Origin: Candidatus Moraniibacteriota bacterium
GTDB taxonomy: Bacteria; Patescibacteriota; Minisyncoccia; Moranbacterales; UBA1568
Reading direction: 5' to 3'
DNA length: 64,000 bases
Assembly (NCBI GenBank): GCA_963778555.1
Contig: CAVZUR010000004.1
Coordinates: 26,190-90,189 of the forward strand
Part shown: piece after piece, positions 19,308 to 29,129 of the stretch
Layout: every line of letters starts with the position of its first letter
How positions within the stretch are numbered: position 1 is the stretch's first letter
The notes under the pieces: generated by a model
Databases searched by the model: none
Seen by the model: only the letters and a program-made list of their open reading frames with translations
What the model was told of the DNA's origin: nothing
Made by a program: the position numbers and the translations under genes

Positions 19308-21251
19308 TTATCCGTGCAGTGACAAGGGATCAGCAACGATTCGGACCGGTTGCTCGAGCGATCCAAGAAAGCGGTGCAGTGCATCGGGGAAAGCTTCCTT
19401 CGACGGATAGCGGATAAGGACATGGTAGCGGTTTTTCTTGTTAAAAGGCAAATAGCGGGGGAGGATTTCGAGCGTCGGGAGCGCGAGTGATCGGAGGGCG
19501 GATTCAGTTCTTTCAGCGATTGAAAGCGAGCTGGCGTCCGGCGTGGGAAAGCACTCAAGCCGAATGAATCGATAGTCGGGCGGGTAGTGAAGGATTCGGC
19601 GTTCTTCGAGGAGCGGCAGGGCGGTTTGGCTCAGGTCCTCATGAGCCCAAATCGTCCAATACTTCGCCTCCGGCTCGAAAGTTTGAACGATGAGTTTTCC
19701 ATCTTGGGTCAGTTTTCCGCCGAAGCGCCGCAATTCGCGCCAGAGACGTTCTTCTGACTGGAAGTCGGGGTAGAATAAGCCCTGGTCCGGTTCGATCAGT
19801 CCAATGACACCCATGGGGGGCAGCGGAAGGCTATAGGCGGATTCATAGGTGGCGACAATTATTAGTGGTCGTGCACCGGAATCATTCAACTGGGCAACAA
19901 TGTTCTGAAAATCGCGTTTCACGCCGAGTGTATCACGATCAATGCGGATGACACGATCAGCAATCCTGTGCTGAGACAGCGCGCGGACAATCGCTTCAGT
20001 ACCCGCCCCAAAACTTTTAAAATGCATGTGGCCGCACTCGCGACAGGCCGGGAAAAGTGCTGAGCGAAAGCCGCAGGCGAGACAGCGGTAGCGGGCATCC
20101 TTGGTCTCGGTCAGCGCCGCGGAGCAATCTGGGCAACGCAGCGGCGTCTGGCACTTGGCGCAGATCGAAAAGCGCGCCAGTCCACGCTGTTTGACGAGTA
20201 TGAGAACAGATTCCTGTCGAGTGCGGGCGGAACAGACGGCCTGGATGAGATCGGGGGTGAGTGTCTGGCTCGCCCCGCCGCGCTTGTAGGTTTTGCGAAG
20301 ATCGATCGCGACAAGCGGGCGTCGAACTGAGAAAGAGAACGGGGTACCGCTGACGACCGCTTCAGGTCTGAAATATTCGATACCAGGTGCGACGGAAAGT
20401 TTGAAACATGGGATGCGTTGTTCCCGCGCGATAGTTTCAGCAATCGCGACAGCATCGTAGCGAGGCGCCATTTCCCACTGCGTGAATGAAATTCTTTTCT
20501 CTGAATCAATGATGGCAATCGCTCCCAACTTTTCTAGGGGGGCAAAAATCGCCTGGCGCGTTCCGACGATGATGTCGAGGGCACCTTCTTTGAGCGCGGT
20601 GTGAATCAGGTACTGCTCTTTGCTGGTCCGGTGGCTCGAGAGGCAACGAATGACCGCTTTCGGTAGTACTTGCGCTAGTCGCCCGGCGTAGAGTTCTGCC
20701 GCAAGGATTTCTGGCACTAGTATGAGCAAGGGTTTTTTCTCACTGAAAGCCGTTTTTGACAACTTCAGGAGTCGTTCGAACAGATGACTATCGTCCAGGA
20801 GACCCTCGGTCAGTATGCGAGAAATGCGTTTTTTCTTCTGTTGCGTAGATTGATTCGTTCGTGCGATTGCGGCTTTCGATTTGGCCGCCTTGACCTCTCC
20901 TGGTATGGAACGCGGTGCGTGTTGAAGTGGGAAAAAGAGTTTGAAGACGATACCAAGCGGCGTATACAATATATCGCTCAAGTGCCACGCGAGGGCGATT
21001 TGGGATGCTGTCAGAAAACCCGGCAGGATAACCGGCCCGACGAATTTCAGCCAGGGAGGAACGGGGCTGGGTAATTTTTCACACGCCAGTACGGCACCCG
21101 TGAGGTTGCGTTTGCCGAAGGATATCGCGACAAGGGATCCGATGGGTATCGGAATGGGCGAGGCATAGCTAAAACGCGGGTCATGCCGGCCAAAGAGGGG
21201 AGTGAGCGGGACGACCTCGATGCGATAGAGGGATGATAGGGATTTCGGCAT
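19308..21251 (-). CDS. priA: Primosomal protein N' (PriA) homologue with degenerate ATPase motifs
   Basis: PriA N-terminal DNA-binding region and Cys4 zinc ribbon (CAKCQTPLRCPDCSAALT...CLACGF...CRECGH) in the priA-def-fmt arrangement. By-eye alignment to E. coli PriA gives LDDSHL in place of GSGKT, DSEK in place of DEEH, and RELRRFGG in place of QVAGRAGR. Confidence 0.7.
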   Translation of the reverse strand: MPKSLSSLYRIEVVPLTPLFGRHDPRFSYASPIPIPIGSLVAISFGKRNLTGAVLACEKLPSPVPPWLKFVGPVILPGFLTASQIALAWHLSDILYTPLGIVFKLFFPLQHAPRSIPGEVKAAKSKAAIARTNQSTQQKKKRISRILTEGLLDDSHLFERLLKLSKTAFSEKKPLLILVPEILAAELYAGRLAQVLPKAVIRCLSSHRTSKEQYLIHTALKEGALDIIVGTRQAIFAPLEKLGAIAIIDSEKRISFTQWEMAPRYDAVAIAETIAREQRIPCFKLSVAPGIEYFRPEAVVSGTPFSFSVRRPLVAIDLRKTYKRGGASQTLTPDLIQAVCSARTRQESVLILVKQRGLARFSICAKCQTPLRCPDCSAALTETKDARYRCLACGFRSALFPACRECGHMHFKSFGAGTEAIVRALSQHRIADRVIRIDRDTLGVKRDFQNIVAQLNDSGARPLIIVATYESAYSLPLPPMGVIGLIEPDQGLFYPDFQSEERLWRELRRFGGKLTQDGKLIVQTFEPEAKYWTIWAHEDLSQTALPLLEERRILHYPPDYRFIRLECFPTPDASSLSIAERTESALRSLALPTLEILPRYLPFNKKNRYHVLIRYPSKEAFPDALHRFLGSLEQPVRIVADPLSLHG

Positions 21252-21407
21252 ATTGGGTGTCCTTCATTGTACCAGCCTCATGAGAAATCTGACTACGCAC
21301 GTATATCGATCAGCACTCGCGTGCATTTATCATTCTGGAGTGTTCCTCTGTTATTCCTTGCTGCTGGACGGAAAATTCTCTATGATGACGGCACTAAACC
21401 CAAGAGA

Positions 21408-21968
21408 ATGCTTATCACGCGCCGTTTGTTTGTTGGAATTCCATTGTCAGCCAGGCTCCAGAAGCGGCTTGAGCTAGAAGGAGCGGCCTGGAAGCATCTC
21501 CCGGTTATCCTGACACGGCCTGGAAATTTTCATATCACGCTGATGTTCCTTGGTTTTGTCAAAGAGGAAGAGATACCCCGCATCATTGAGGCGCTTGAGG
21601 GAGCGACGATTGATATCGAGCCATTTGAGATTCGTTTATCGGAAATCACTGCCGATCCAGCGAATCATCCGACCACGGTCTGGCTCTCGGGTGAGACATC
21701 AACCGAACTTGTTGCTTTGCGCAACGCCGTGGCAGCTTCGCTCGATTACCTCACACCGGAATCCAAAAGCTTCCGTCCACATGTGACCCTGGCCAAGATC
21801 CGCCGCGGCCAGTTTGAAACGCTCGAAACCAAGCCGGATTTCGCCAAGTCGCTCCATATTATCGAGCCGGTCGAGACGATTGCACTCTTTGAAAGCACGC
21901 TGGAGAATGGCAAGCGTGTGTACTTGCCGCTCGCTGATTTTCCGCTCACCGGCGAGGGTGGCGAATAG
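21408..21968 (+). CDS. thpR: 2H phosphoesterase, RNA 2',3'-cyclic phosphodiesterase (ThpR/LigT-like)
   Basis: Two H-x-T-x motifs (HITLMFLG and HVTLAKI) about 80 aa apart; start taken at MLITRRLFVGIPL. Confidence 0.6.
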   Translation: MLITRRLFVGIPLSARLQKRLELEGAAWKHLPVILTRPGNFHITLMFLGFVKEEEIPRIIEALEGATIDIEPFEIRLSEITADPANHPTTVWLSGETSTELVALRNAVAASLDYLTPESKSFRPHVTLAKIRRGQFETLETKPDFAKSLHIIEPVETIALFESTLENGKRVYLPLADFPLTGEGGE

Positions 21969-21978
21969 GCGCAGCCCT

Positions 21979-22680
21979 ATGAATATTTTTGGTGTTGACG
22001 TCAGCAATCGCTCCCAGACAGATATCCTGGACCAGATTGAAGTTTGGCTCTTAAGCGCTCGCTTTCACCGTATTGTGACCATCAATCCGGAATTCCTTTT
22101 GCTCGCATTGAAAAATAAGGCATTCCATGGCGCTCTCCTTTCAGCTGATCTCCGGGTGGCTGATGGCGTCGGTCTTTATCTCCCATTCTGGCTGGGCGGT
22201 GAGAAACTCATCGAGCGTGTACCGGGTGCGGATCTCTTACTGGAAATACTTCACCTAGCAGATAAGCACCGACTCTCCGTCGGCCTCTTGCTTGCGCCGG
22301 ACGGTCTGTCATCGTACGAAGAAATACAAACAACACTCGCATGAGCGCTACCCGAATCTCGATGTCCAAAAATTCTCCGCTGAATATCTTTCCTCACCAC
22401 TAAAACCTATTCCCTATACCCTAGTTTTTTGTAACTATGGCGCGCCGCTCCAGGAAATTATCCTCGCTGGTTTACGGCGGTCGCCAGGGAATCTCCGGCT
22501 CGCAATGGGCGTCGGCGGAGCTTTCGATTTTCTGACGGGAAAAATACCCCGAGCACCAAAGTTTCTTCGCTCGATCGGTTTTGAATGGCTGTGGCGGCTG
22601 TGGCAACAACCCAAGCGTTTCAGCCGCATCTGGAATGCGGTCATTATCTTCCCGATTAAAGTCCTCTGCCAAAAATAAAT
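21979..22680 (+). CDS. tagA: WecB/TagA/CpsF-family glycosyltransferase (UDP-ManNAc transferase-like), frameshifted near 22340
   Basis: N-terminal part MNIFGVDVSN...ILDQI...RIVTINPEFLLLA...ADLRVADGVG ends at 22344. The C-terminal family region continues in another frame to 22680 (NYGAPLQEIILAGL...AMGVGGAFDFLTGKIPRAPKFLRSIGFEWLWRLWQQPKRF). One indel at about 22335-22345 joins the two. Confidence 0.6.
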
Positions 22681-22731
22681 GAAGCCCTGGCAGTGTTCCC
22701 GCCAGGGCTTTTGATGGATGGTGGTTCAGTG

Positions 22732-23055
22732 TTAGGTTGGTTCACTGACGAGCACACTGCGCCAATCGTGTGCTGCGCTTTTAGCAGCGACTACTTGCCA
22801 CTCGTCTGTCCCGAGCTGCCGGTGGAGAGTAATTTTCACCCCACCACCATCAAACCGGACGGGTCGGCACTTAATGAGCACATGGCGCTCCTCGTGTGTA
22901 CCCGTATGAGTCAGTCGAGTCGGCAGAGCGTTGATCTCGGAAATCGACGGCCGGACGAGTCCGGAAAGCTCGACAGCGTGTTCATGGAAGAACGCGATCG
23001 CGTTCCCGATACTAGCGCCGAATTCGTACCGTTGAGGCAGAGCCGTGGTAACCAT
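22732..23055 (-). CDS. Truncated metallophosphoesterase (YfcE-like) C-terminal half with its own promoter, possibly a gene remnant
   Basis: SIGNAIAFFHEHA...RLTHTGTHEERHVLIK...RFDGGGV resembles the C-terminal GNHD/GHTHE region of YfcE-like phosphoesterases; the N-terminal DxH/GD motifs are absent. TTGACT-17-TAATAT promoter and SD caggagaag lie upstream of ATG 23055. Confidence 0.35.
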   Translation of the reverse strand: MVTTALPQRYEFGASIGNAIAFFHEHAVELSGLVRPSISEINALPTRLTHTGTHEERHVLIKCRPVRFDGGGVKITLHRQLGTDEWQVVAAKSAAHDWRSVLVSEPT

Positions 23056-23197
23056 CTTAACTTCTCCTGTCAAAGGACATTGCAGATTCGGGTCAACCGA
23101 ATCAGGTTACTTCAACACGAAGCAACCGTATATATTAGCACATATTAGCGATAAAGTCAACATAGAAACATGGCTTGGGAAAGGGTATAATTTGCCT

Positions 23198-24764
23198 ATG
23201 CCTGAATCCAGCCAGAAGCCGGTCCGGGTACGGTTATGCTCCGTCGCCGACAGGACTGCAGCATATCGGGGGCTTGCGCACCGCGCTCTACAACTATCTC
23301 TACGCCCAGAAACTTGGCGGGCAGTTCATATTGCGCATCGAAGACACCGATCAGAAACGTTTCGTCGAAGGTGCGCTCGAGAATACAATCGGTTTTCTGC
23401 ATGACTTCGGACTCTCGTATGCTGAAGGACCGATACTCCTGACTGACAAAGATACGGAGAGTGATTCTGTAGGTATGCTTTCGGTCCGGTATCCCGGAAT
23501 CTATGAACTCGGACCTCATGCTCCGTACATCCAATCCGAGCGTCTTGATCTCTATCAGAAATACGCCGCTGAGCTGGTGAAACAAGGAGCAGCCTATTAC
23601 TGCTTCTGCAGCGAAGAACGTCTTACGGCACTGCGCGCGCGCCAGGAGGGGATGAAACACGCACCCCGCTATGATCGCGAATGCCTGAAACTACCAGCAG
23701 AAGAGGTCAAAGAAAGGCGCAGCCACGGCGAAACGAGCGTGGTCCGGTTCAAAATTCCAGAAGCGGGGAAATTTACCGTCCGGGACACGGTACGTGGCAT
23801 GATTGCTTGCGATACCGCAGATTTGGATGACTTCGTGCTGATGAAGTCTGATGGCTACCCCACCTATCATTTCGCGCACGTGATTGATGATCATCTCCTG
23901 GAGATCACGCATGTTTTCCGGGGCGAGGAATGGCTCCCGAGCCTGTCCAAGCATGTTCTGCTCTATCAGGCGTTCGGCTGGACGCCGCCAGAATTTATCC
24001 ACCTGTCTGTCATCCTCGGCCAGGATGGAAAGAAGAAGCTTTCCAAGCGCGAAGGCGATGTCTCCGTTGATTCATTCGTTGCGCAAGGCTATCTCCGGGA
24101 CGCGCTCTTGAATTTCATCGCGCTTCTCGGTTGGAATCCCGGACAGGGCAGTACGCAGGAGATTTTCACTCGCGACGAACTCGTATCTTCCTTTTCACTC
24201 GAGCACTTAAACAAGGCGGGTGCAGTATTTGACCGATCCAAGCTGGACTGGATGAATCACGAGTACATTCTGAAAAAGACTCCGGCCGAGCTGCTCTCGC
24301 TCATCCAGGACGGCGGCTTTCTCCAGCGTAAACCATGGTTTTCAAAGGTGTCTCCTTCGTATACGACGGATGAGTACTTATTGAAAGTTATGGCACTTGA
24401 GCAGGAACGACTGAAGACCCTCACTCAGTTCGGGGAAGATCTCCAATGGTTGTTCACAGATGAGCTCGAGTATCCGGCAACACTCTTGCCTTGGAAGGAA
24501 AACAGCAGGGCGCTAACGGGCGAAGCCTTGGAGAGCGCCAAGGTCGTGCTTGCGGGCATACCAGGAGAAGACTGGACTCGCCCGAAGATAAGCGAAATCC
24601 TTCTGGCCGCTGCGGGGGAAAAACGGGGGGATTTCCTTTGGCCGTTACGCGTGGCACTCTCGGGCCTCCGACACTCGCCAGCGCCGATGGACATTGTCTG
24701 GGTCCTCGGCCGCGAACGTTCGCTTGCCCGATTGGAGGCGGCGCTCAGAAAACTGGAAACATAG
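23198..24764 (+). CDS. gltX: Glutamyl-tRNA synthetase
   Basis: Class I GluRS (APSPTGLQHIGGLRTAL and KLSKREGDVSV (KMSKS-type)). ATG 23198 gives MPESSQKPVRVR in a frame that meets the main frame after a 1-nt insertion at about 23233. The alternative TTG 23175 start reads through but lies upstream of a TATAAT at 23186-23191. Confidence 0.85.
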
Positions 24765-24806
24765 GACTCCTCCGCCGCTATGATGGGAGACAAACGATAT
24801 ATCAGC

Positions 24807-26102
24807 ATGACTCAATATAAAAAACAAAAACAGCACAGGCTTCCGTCAAGGACGCTCCCACTACTGTTCGTCTTCTTCATTTTCGTACTCGCTATTCGGA
24901 TGGTGCAGGCCGCGGAGAGTATTACGACACTGACTGACGAGCAGAAGGGAATCCTCGATGATCGGCAGGATGAATTGGATGACATCAAGGCCAAGATCAA
25001 GGCCTATAACGAGATTGTCGATCTGAAGCAACGTCAAGGGGCCGTCCTAGATGACCAGATCGAAGGACTTGAGGCCCAGGCGAAAAGCCTGGAGCTGCAG
25101 ATCAGTGCGAGCGAAAAATCTTTAGCGGATATTCAAAATGAGATCCAGCAGCTTTCTGAACGCATCAATCAGAAAGAGATCGTAATCGAGACTCAGAAAG
25201 AGCTGCTCTCCGAAATCATGCGGGGGTACTACGCGGATCAATCAGCGCTCATCCCAAGCGAGTTCATCATCAATGCTTCGCGCCTGGCGAATCCATTACA
25301 GGAAGGTGAGTGGACCGCGGAAACCGGCGCCAAGATCAGTGAGCTTCTCACTTCGCTTCAAACGCTCCGTCACAGCCTTATTACCGAGCAGTACGCACTC
25401 GTCGACAAGCAGGCGATCGCGGCCACGCTCAAACTGCAGCTCGAGCAGCGGAGCGCGCACCTGGATTCGACTGTGATGAGCAAGGAACGGCTCTTGGCGA
25501 AAACTCAGGCTGAGGCGCAGAAATATGACGCGCTGGTGGACGATCTGGAAAAACAGCGCGAGGATATCGAGAACGAAATCGAGTCGCTCGAATCTGGAAA
25601 GATCGATGCACTCGACACGAAAGACATACCCGCCTTCAAGAAAGGCTATCTCAGCTATCCTCTGAAAAACATCGTTAAGACTCAGGGTTATGGTAAGACG
25701 AGTTTCGCGAAAAAATCCGGGTTTTATAAATCCGGGTTTCATAATGGCCTTGATTTTTCTGCTGCAACTGGGACGAGCGTGATGGCCGCCGCGGACGGCA
25801 AAGTAATCGCCATTGGCAATAATGGGAAATATGCTTATGGCCGGTACGTCGCTATCGATCACGGTGACGGATTGGTGACCATGTATGGCCACTTGAGTGC
25901 GTACAGCACCAAGCTCGGCAATAAGGTCAAGCGGGGAGACACAATCGCAAAATCTGGCAATACTGGGAACTCAACCGGTCCGCACGTCCATTTCAGTGTT
26001 TTTTCCGCCAAGTCATTCGACATCGTCCCTTCAAAATACGTCTCAAGCGTGAAGGATATTCCCGTCGGCGCGACAGTCAATCCAACTGTGTACCTGCCAT
26101 AG
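24807..26102 (+). CDS. M23/LytM peptidase with N-terminal TM and long coiled coil (EnvC-like murein hydrolase activator)
   Basis: Coiled-coil region of about 280 aa, then the M23 domain with HNGLDFSAATGTSV and GNTGNSTGPHVHFSV. FtsEX is encoded 5 kb away. Confidence 0.75.
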   Translation: MTQYKKQKQHRLPSRTLPLLFVFFIFVLAIRMVQAAESITTLTDEQKGILDDRQDELDDIKAKIKAYNEIVDLKQRQGAVLDDQIEGLEAQAKSLELQISASEKSLADIQNEIQQLSERINQKEIVIETQKELLSEIMRGYYADQSALIPSEFIINASRLANPLQEGEWTAETGAKISELLTSLQTLRHSLITEQYALVDKQAIAATLKLQLEQRSAHLDSTVMSKERLLAKTQAEAQKYDALVDDLEKQREDIENEIESLESGKIDALDTKDIPAFKKGYLSYPLKNIVKTQGYGKTSFAKKSGFYKSGFHNGLDFSAATGTSVMAAADGKVIAIGNNGKYAYGRYVAIDHGDGLVTMYGHLSAYSTKLGNKVKRGDTIAKSGNTGNSTGPHVHFSVFSAKSFDIVPSKYVSSVKDIPVGATVNPTVYLP

Positions 26103-26112
26103 AGATCCAGCT

Positions 26113-26538
26113 ATGTCTTCTTCGAACAATGCGTTGCCGCAAGCTGCAGCGGGATTTTTATTTTGTTCCAAGACAAAACGAGTCCTCCTGCATCAGCGCG
26201 ACGGACAGACCGCTATCAATCCGCACAAGTGGGCATTCTTTACCGGTCTCGTCGAAGGGGATGAATCCCCGCTTCAGGCTTTTATCAGAGAGGTCGCCGA
26301 AGAGATTGGTTATGCACTCACGCTTGAGCAAGTGCATAAGCTCGATAGGTATTTGAATACTGAACGCCAGACGATGCGCCATGTCTTCGTCGCTGCTGTC
26401 AATTCAGAATTTCTCCCCTCAGCAGTCAATGAAGGTGCCGACGTCGGCTGGTTTACCCTGACAGAGGCTTGGTCATTAGATCTGACACATCTCACCAAAC
26501 GGGATTTAAAGAAGTTTTCTGTTCGATGCAATATGTGA
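26113..26538 (+). CDS. NUDIX hydrolase
   Basis: Nudix box GLVEGDESPLQAFIREVAEEIGY matches GX5EX7REUXEEXGU. Confidence 0.75.
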   Translation: MSSSNNALPQAAAGFLFCSKTKRVLLHQRDGQTAINPHKWAFFTGLVEGDESPLQAFIREVAEEIGYALTLEQVHKLDRYLNTERQTMRHVFVAAVNSEFLPSAVNEGADVGWFTLTEAWSLDLTHLTKRDLKKFSVRCNM

Positions 26539-26605
26539 ACCCATAACGTATCTGGCTCCCCCATACTTTCTTAAAAAAAGAAGGGGAGGAGGCGCAAAAC
26601 CATGC

Positions 26606-26866
26606 ATGAAAAGAAATGTTCTAAAAGCAATAACGGGTGAAGCACTTATTACTCAGGTACTTCAAAAGACAGCAAAATACGGCAGGCTAGTGAACCCGGG
26701 GAGAGCGGAACGAGTATGGATTGATACGTGCGCGCTATGTATCAAAATTAAAGTCTGCCCGCAAAGTATATATAAAAAGGACGGCGAATTGGTCCTTGTT
26801 CAGACTCAAGAGTTATCTTCTCTGATATCATGTCTCATAAGTTACATAAGCGGACATGCAGTATAG
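26606..26866 (+). CDS. Small Cys-containing hypothetical protein in an AT-rich stretch
   Basis: Strong SD aaggggaggagg at 9-13 nt; local GC looks lower than the surroundings; no homology recognised. Low confidence. Confidence 0.25.
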   Translation: MKRNVLKAITGEALITQVLQKTAKYGRLVNPGRAERVWIDTCALCIKIKVCPQSIYKKDGELVLVQTQELSSLISCLISYISGHAV

Positions 26867-26872
26867 AAAAGA

Positions 26873-26906
26873 AAGACCGCTCCACTGATGCTTCAGTGTG
26901 CGGTCT
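26873..26906 (-). terminator. Rho-independent terminator of the GGDEF gene
   Basis: Hairpin aagaccgc...gcggtctt followed on the minus strand by TTCTTTTCT. Confidence 0.4.
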
Positions 26907-26928
26907 TGTGTGCCAGGTTGCCGAACAG

Positions 26929-27777
26929 TTAATCCGTCAGCCCACCAAAGGCGGTCGGCGAAGAAGCTTCCTCTCTCGCGACAAGAATAGGCGTCTCGCT
27001 TTGTCCCTTCTGCTTCTTCGCTTCGTACATAGCTTGATCGGCCAAACTGACGACAGCGTCGATGATCTCTGCTCCCCCATCCGAGGATCGAAAATGTCCG
27101 ACGGCGATGCCAATCGAGGCACCGATGGAATATTTCTTAAGGAATGGGTCACCACTCAGTGACTGCGTCAGTGTCATGGCACGCTCGACCGCCGCGCAAT
27201 CGCTTTTTTCTCCGATGAGGTAGGCAAGAAATTCATCACCGCCTGGCCGGTAGATGATGTCATCGGTCCGAAACACGGTCTTCAGAAGTCCTGCGACCCG
27301 AATCAACACTTGGTCGCCGACCGAATGGCCAAAAGAATCATTCACCGCCTTGAAGCCGTCCAGGTCAATCATCAAAACTGAAACTTGATGCCTTGGAGCC
27401 TGAACCATCGACTGTGGTTCTGTGGTGTGATGCTCGCGGCGGCGATACTGGCCCAGCATGCCTTGAAAGGCGTGCTCCGCGCCACGCCGATTGTAGAGGC
27501 CGGTCAATGGATCGAGGAGCGCGATGTTCTCGAGCTGCGCGATCTGCTTTTGCAGACCGTCGATCGTATCGATCTGCGCGACGATTTCAGTCGCCAATCT
27601 GGCGACTTGATAGACGCGCTCTTGCAAGGTCTGGGTCAGCTTTTCGTTCGCGGTTTGCAGACTCTTGACCTGCGCATTCCTCTCAAGCAATGCTTGGAGA
27701 AACATTCTTTCCCCGACCATGGAGGAGTAGGCAAGATCAGCCAACGGTTGGCTGGCTGAACGGATGGTGGCATTCAT
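26929..27777 (-). CDS. Diguanylate cyclase (GGDEF domain) with N-terminal coiled coil
   Basis: DPLTGLYNRR...IDLDGFKAVNDSFGH...RTDDIIYRPGGDEF; the RxxD I-site and the GGDEF motif are both intact. Confidence 0.8.
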   Translation of the reverse strand: MNATIRSASQPLADLAYSSMVGERMFLQALLERNAQVKSLQTANEKLTQTLQERVYQVARLATEIVAQIDTIDGLQKQIAQLENIALLDPLTGLYNRRGAEHAFQGMLGQYRRREHHTTEPQSMVQAPRHQVSVLMIDLDGFKAVNDSFGHSVGDQVLIRVAGLLKTVFRTDDIIYRPGGDEFLAYLIGEKSDCAAVERAMTLTQSLSGDPFLKKYSIGASIGIAVGHFRSSDGGAEIIDAVVSLADQAMYEAKKQKGQSETPILVAREEASSPTAFGGLTD

Positions 27778-27895
27778 GGACTTTTTCCTTTCGGATGGGT
27801 GGGAAAATCGAAATGTTAAAGAAATACCATTGTGACATATAATCTATTACTTGTCAACAGGCGAAGAATAGGTAGTTTTCCGCTACAATGAAGCC

Positions 27896-29053
27896 ATGCG
27901 CCTCTCCTATTCGAGTCTCGATACCTATCAGTCCTGCTCCCTGAAGTACAAGTACCGGGAGATCGACAAGTTGCCTGAGGAGAAATCCAAAGAAGCGGTG
28001 TTCGGCACGCTCATCCATGCCACGCTGAAATACGTCCATGAGCCAGCACTTATTCCCCCGACGGTCGAACAGGCCATTGATTATTTCGGCAAGCACTGGA
28101 GCGGTGAAAAGTTCGAGAATGAGTTAGAGGAACGGGCCGCCTTCGTCCAAGGTGTCGAGATGCTCCAGCGCTACTATGAGGCAAACCGGATCGCCGAGTA
28201 TAATCCGCTCGCGCTTGAAAGTCGTTTTTCTATTGAAATCGGCACAGAAACTACCGGCAGGCATATCATTGCTGGCGTCATCGACCGCATCGATCGCACA
28301 CGTGACGGCTACGAGATCATCGACTACAAGACGAGCAAGAAAATGCCAAGCCAAGACAAAGTTGACAATGATTTGCAGCTTTCCATATATCTCAGGGCCT
28401 TTCTAGCGCGTTATCCGAAAGAATGGGAACGTTTGAACAAGATTACGGTCAGTCTCTACTTCTTAAAGCATGGCGTGAAGCTCTCCTCCACGCGAACCCG
28501 CGCGCAGCTCGAAGCGTTAGACGCGACGTTTCTCGAAGTCATCCACGCCATCGAAGCGGGGAAATTCGAACCAACGCTCTCCCCGCTCTGCGATTGGTGC
28601 AGTTTCCAGAAGATCTGTCCTCTGTGGAAACACAAATTTAAAGCTGAAACAATAGCAATCGAAAAGAGCGATGCGGAACGGGCGATTGAAGAATTTCTTA
28701 CGTTGCGGTTCAAGACAGCCACAGATAAGAAACGTCTTGCCGATCTCCAAGAGGAGATTCTCGGCTATATGGACCAGGAAGGTATCGAGCGAGTTTTCGG
28801 TACGACGGGCATCATCGGGAAATCTGTCCGAACCACCTATACCTACGATGAGGCAAAGCTGCGCGCACTCCTCTTGCCGCTCGGCGAGTGGGAAAATGTC
28901 GTGAAAATCGATGGTGCGGCGCTGAAAGCCGTTCTGGCCGCTCTTCCTTCAGCCGTTCAGAAGGAAGCAGAAGCAACGCGAGAGAAGAAGGAAAGCTTGG
29001 CACTTTCGGTCAAAAAAACCTCGGCCGTTGACACGGATTCGGAAGACGCCTAA
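27896..29053 (+). CDS. PD-(D/E)xK nuclease of the Cas4/RecB exonuclease family (COG2887-like), standalone
   Basis: N-terminal Cys (YQSCSLKYKY), nuclease core GVIDRIDRTRDGYEIIDYKTSK, and C-terminal Cys cluster CDWCSFQKIC typical of Cas4/AddB [4Fe-4S] nucleases. No cas genes nearby. Confidence 0.65.
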   Translation: MRLSYSSLDTYQSCSLKYKYREIDKLPEEKSKEAVFGTLIHATLKYVHEPALIPPTVEQAIDYFGKHWSGEKFENELEERAAFVQGVEMLQRYYEANRIAEYNPLALESRFSIEIGTETTGRHIIAGVIDRIDRTRDGYEIIDYKTSKKMPSQDKVDNDLQLSIYLRAFLARYPKEWERLNKITVSLYFLKHGVKLSSTRTRAQLEALDATFLEVIHAIEAGKFEPTLSPLCDWCSFQKICPLWKHKFKAETIAIEKSDAERAIEEFLTLRFKTATDKKRLADLQEEILGYMDQEGIERVFGTTGIIGKSVRTTYTYDEAKLRALLLPLGEWENVVKIDGAALKAVLAALPSAVQKEAEATREKKESLALSVKKTSAVDTDSEDA

Positions 29054-29129
29054 GCTGGCGCCATGTTCTCTTTTTCTGCTGTCGGAGAACATGGGTAGGT
29101 AGTCCATTGAAAATTGAAAGGGGGTTGCT

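Noticed and set aside
22693-23148. 151-aa plus-strand ORF between tagA and gltX
   Set aside because: It overlaps the promoter-plus-SD-supported minus-strand phosphoesterase fragment and has no RBS.
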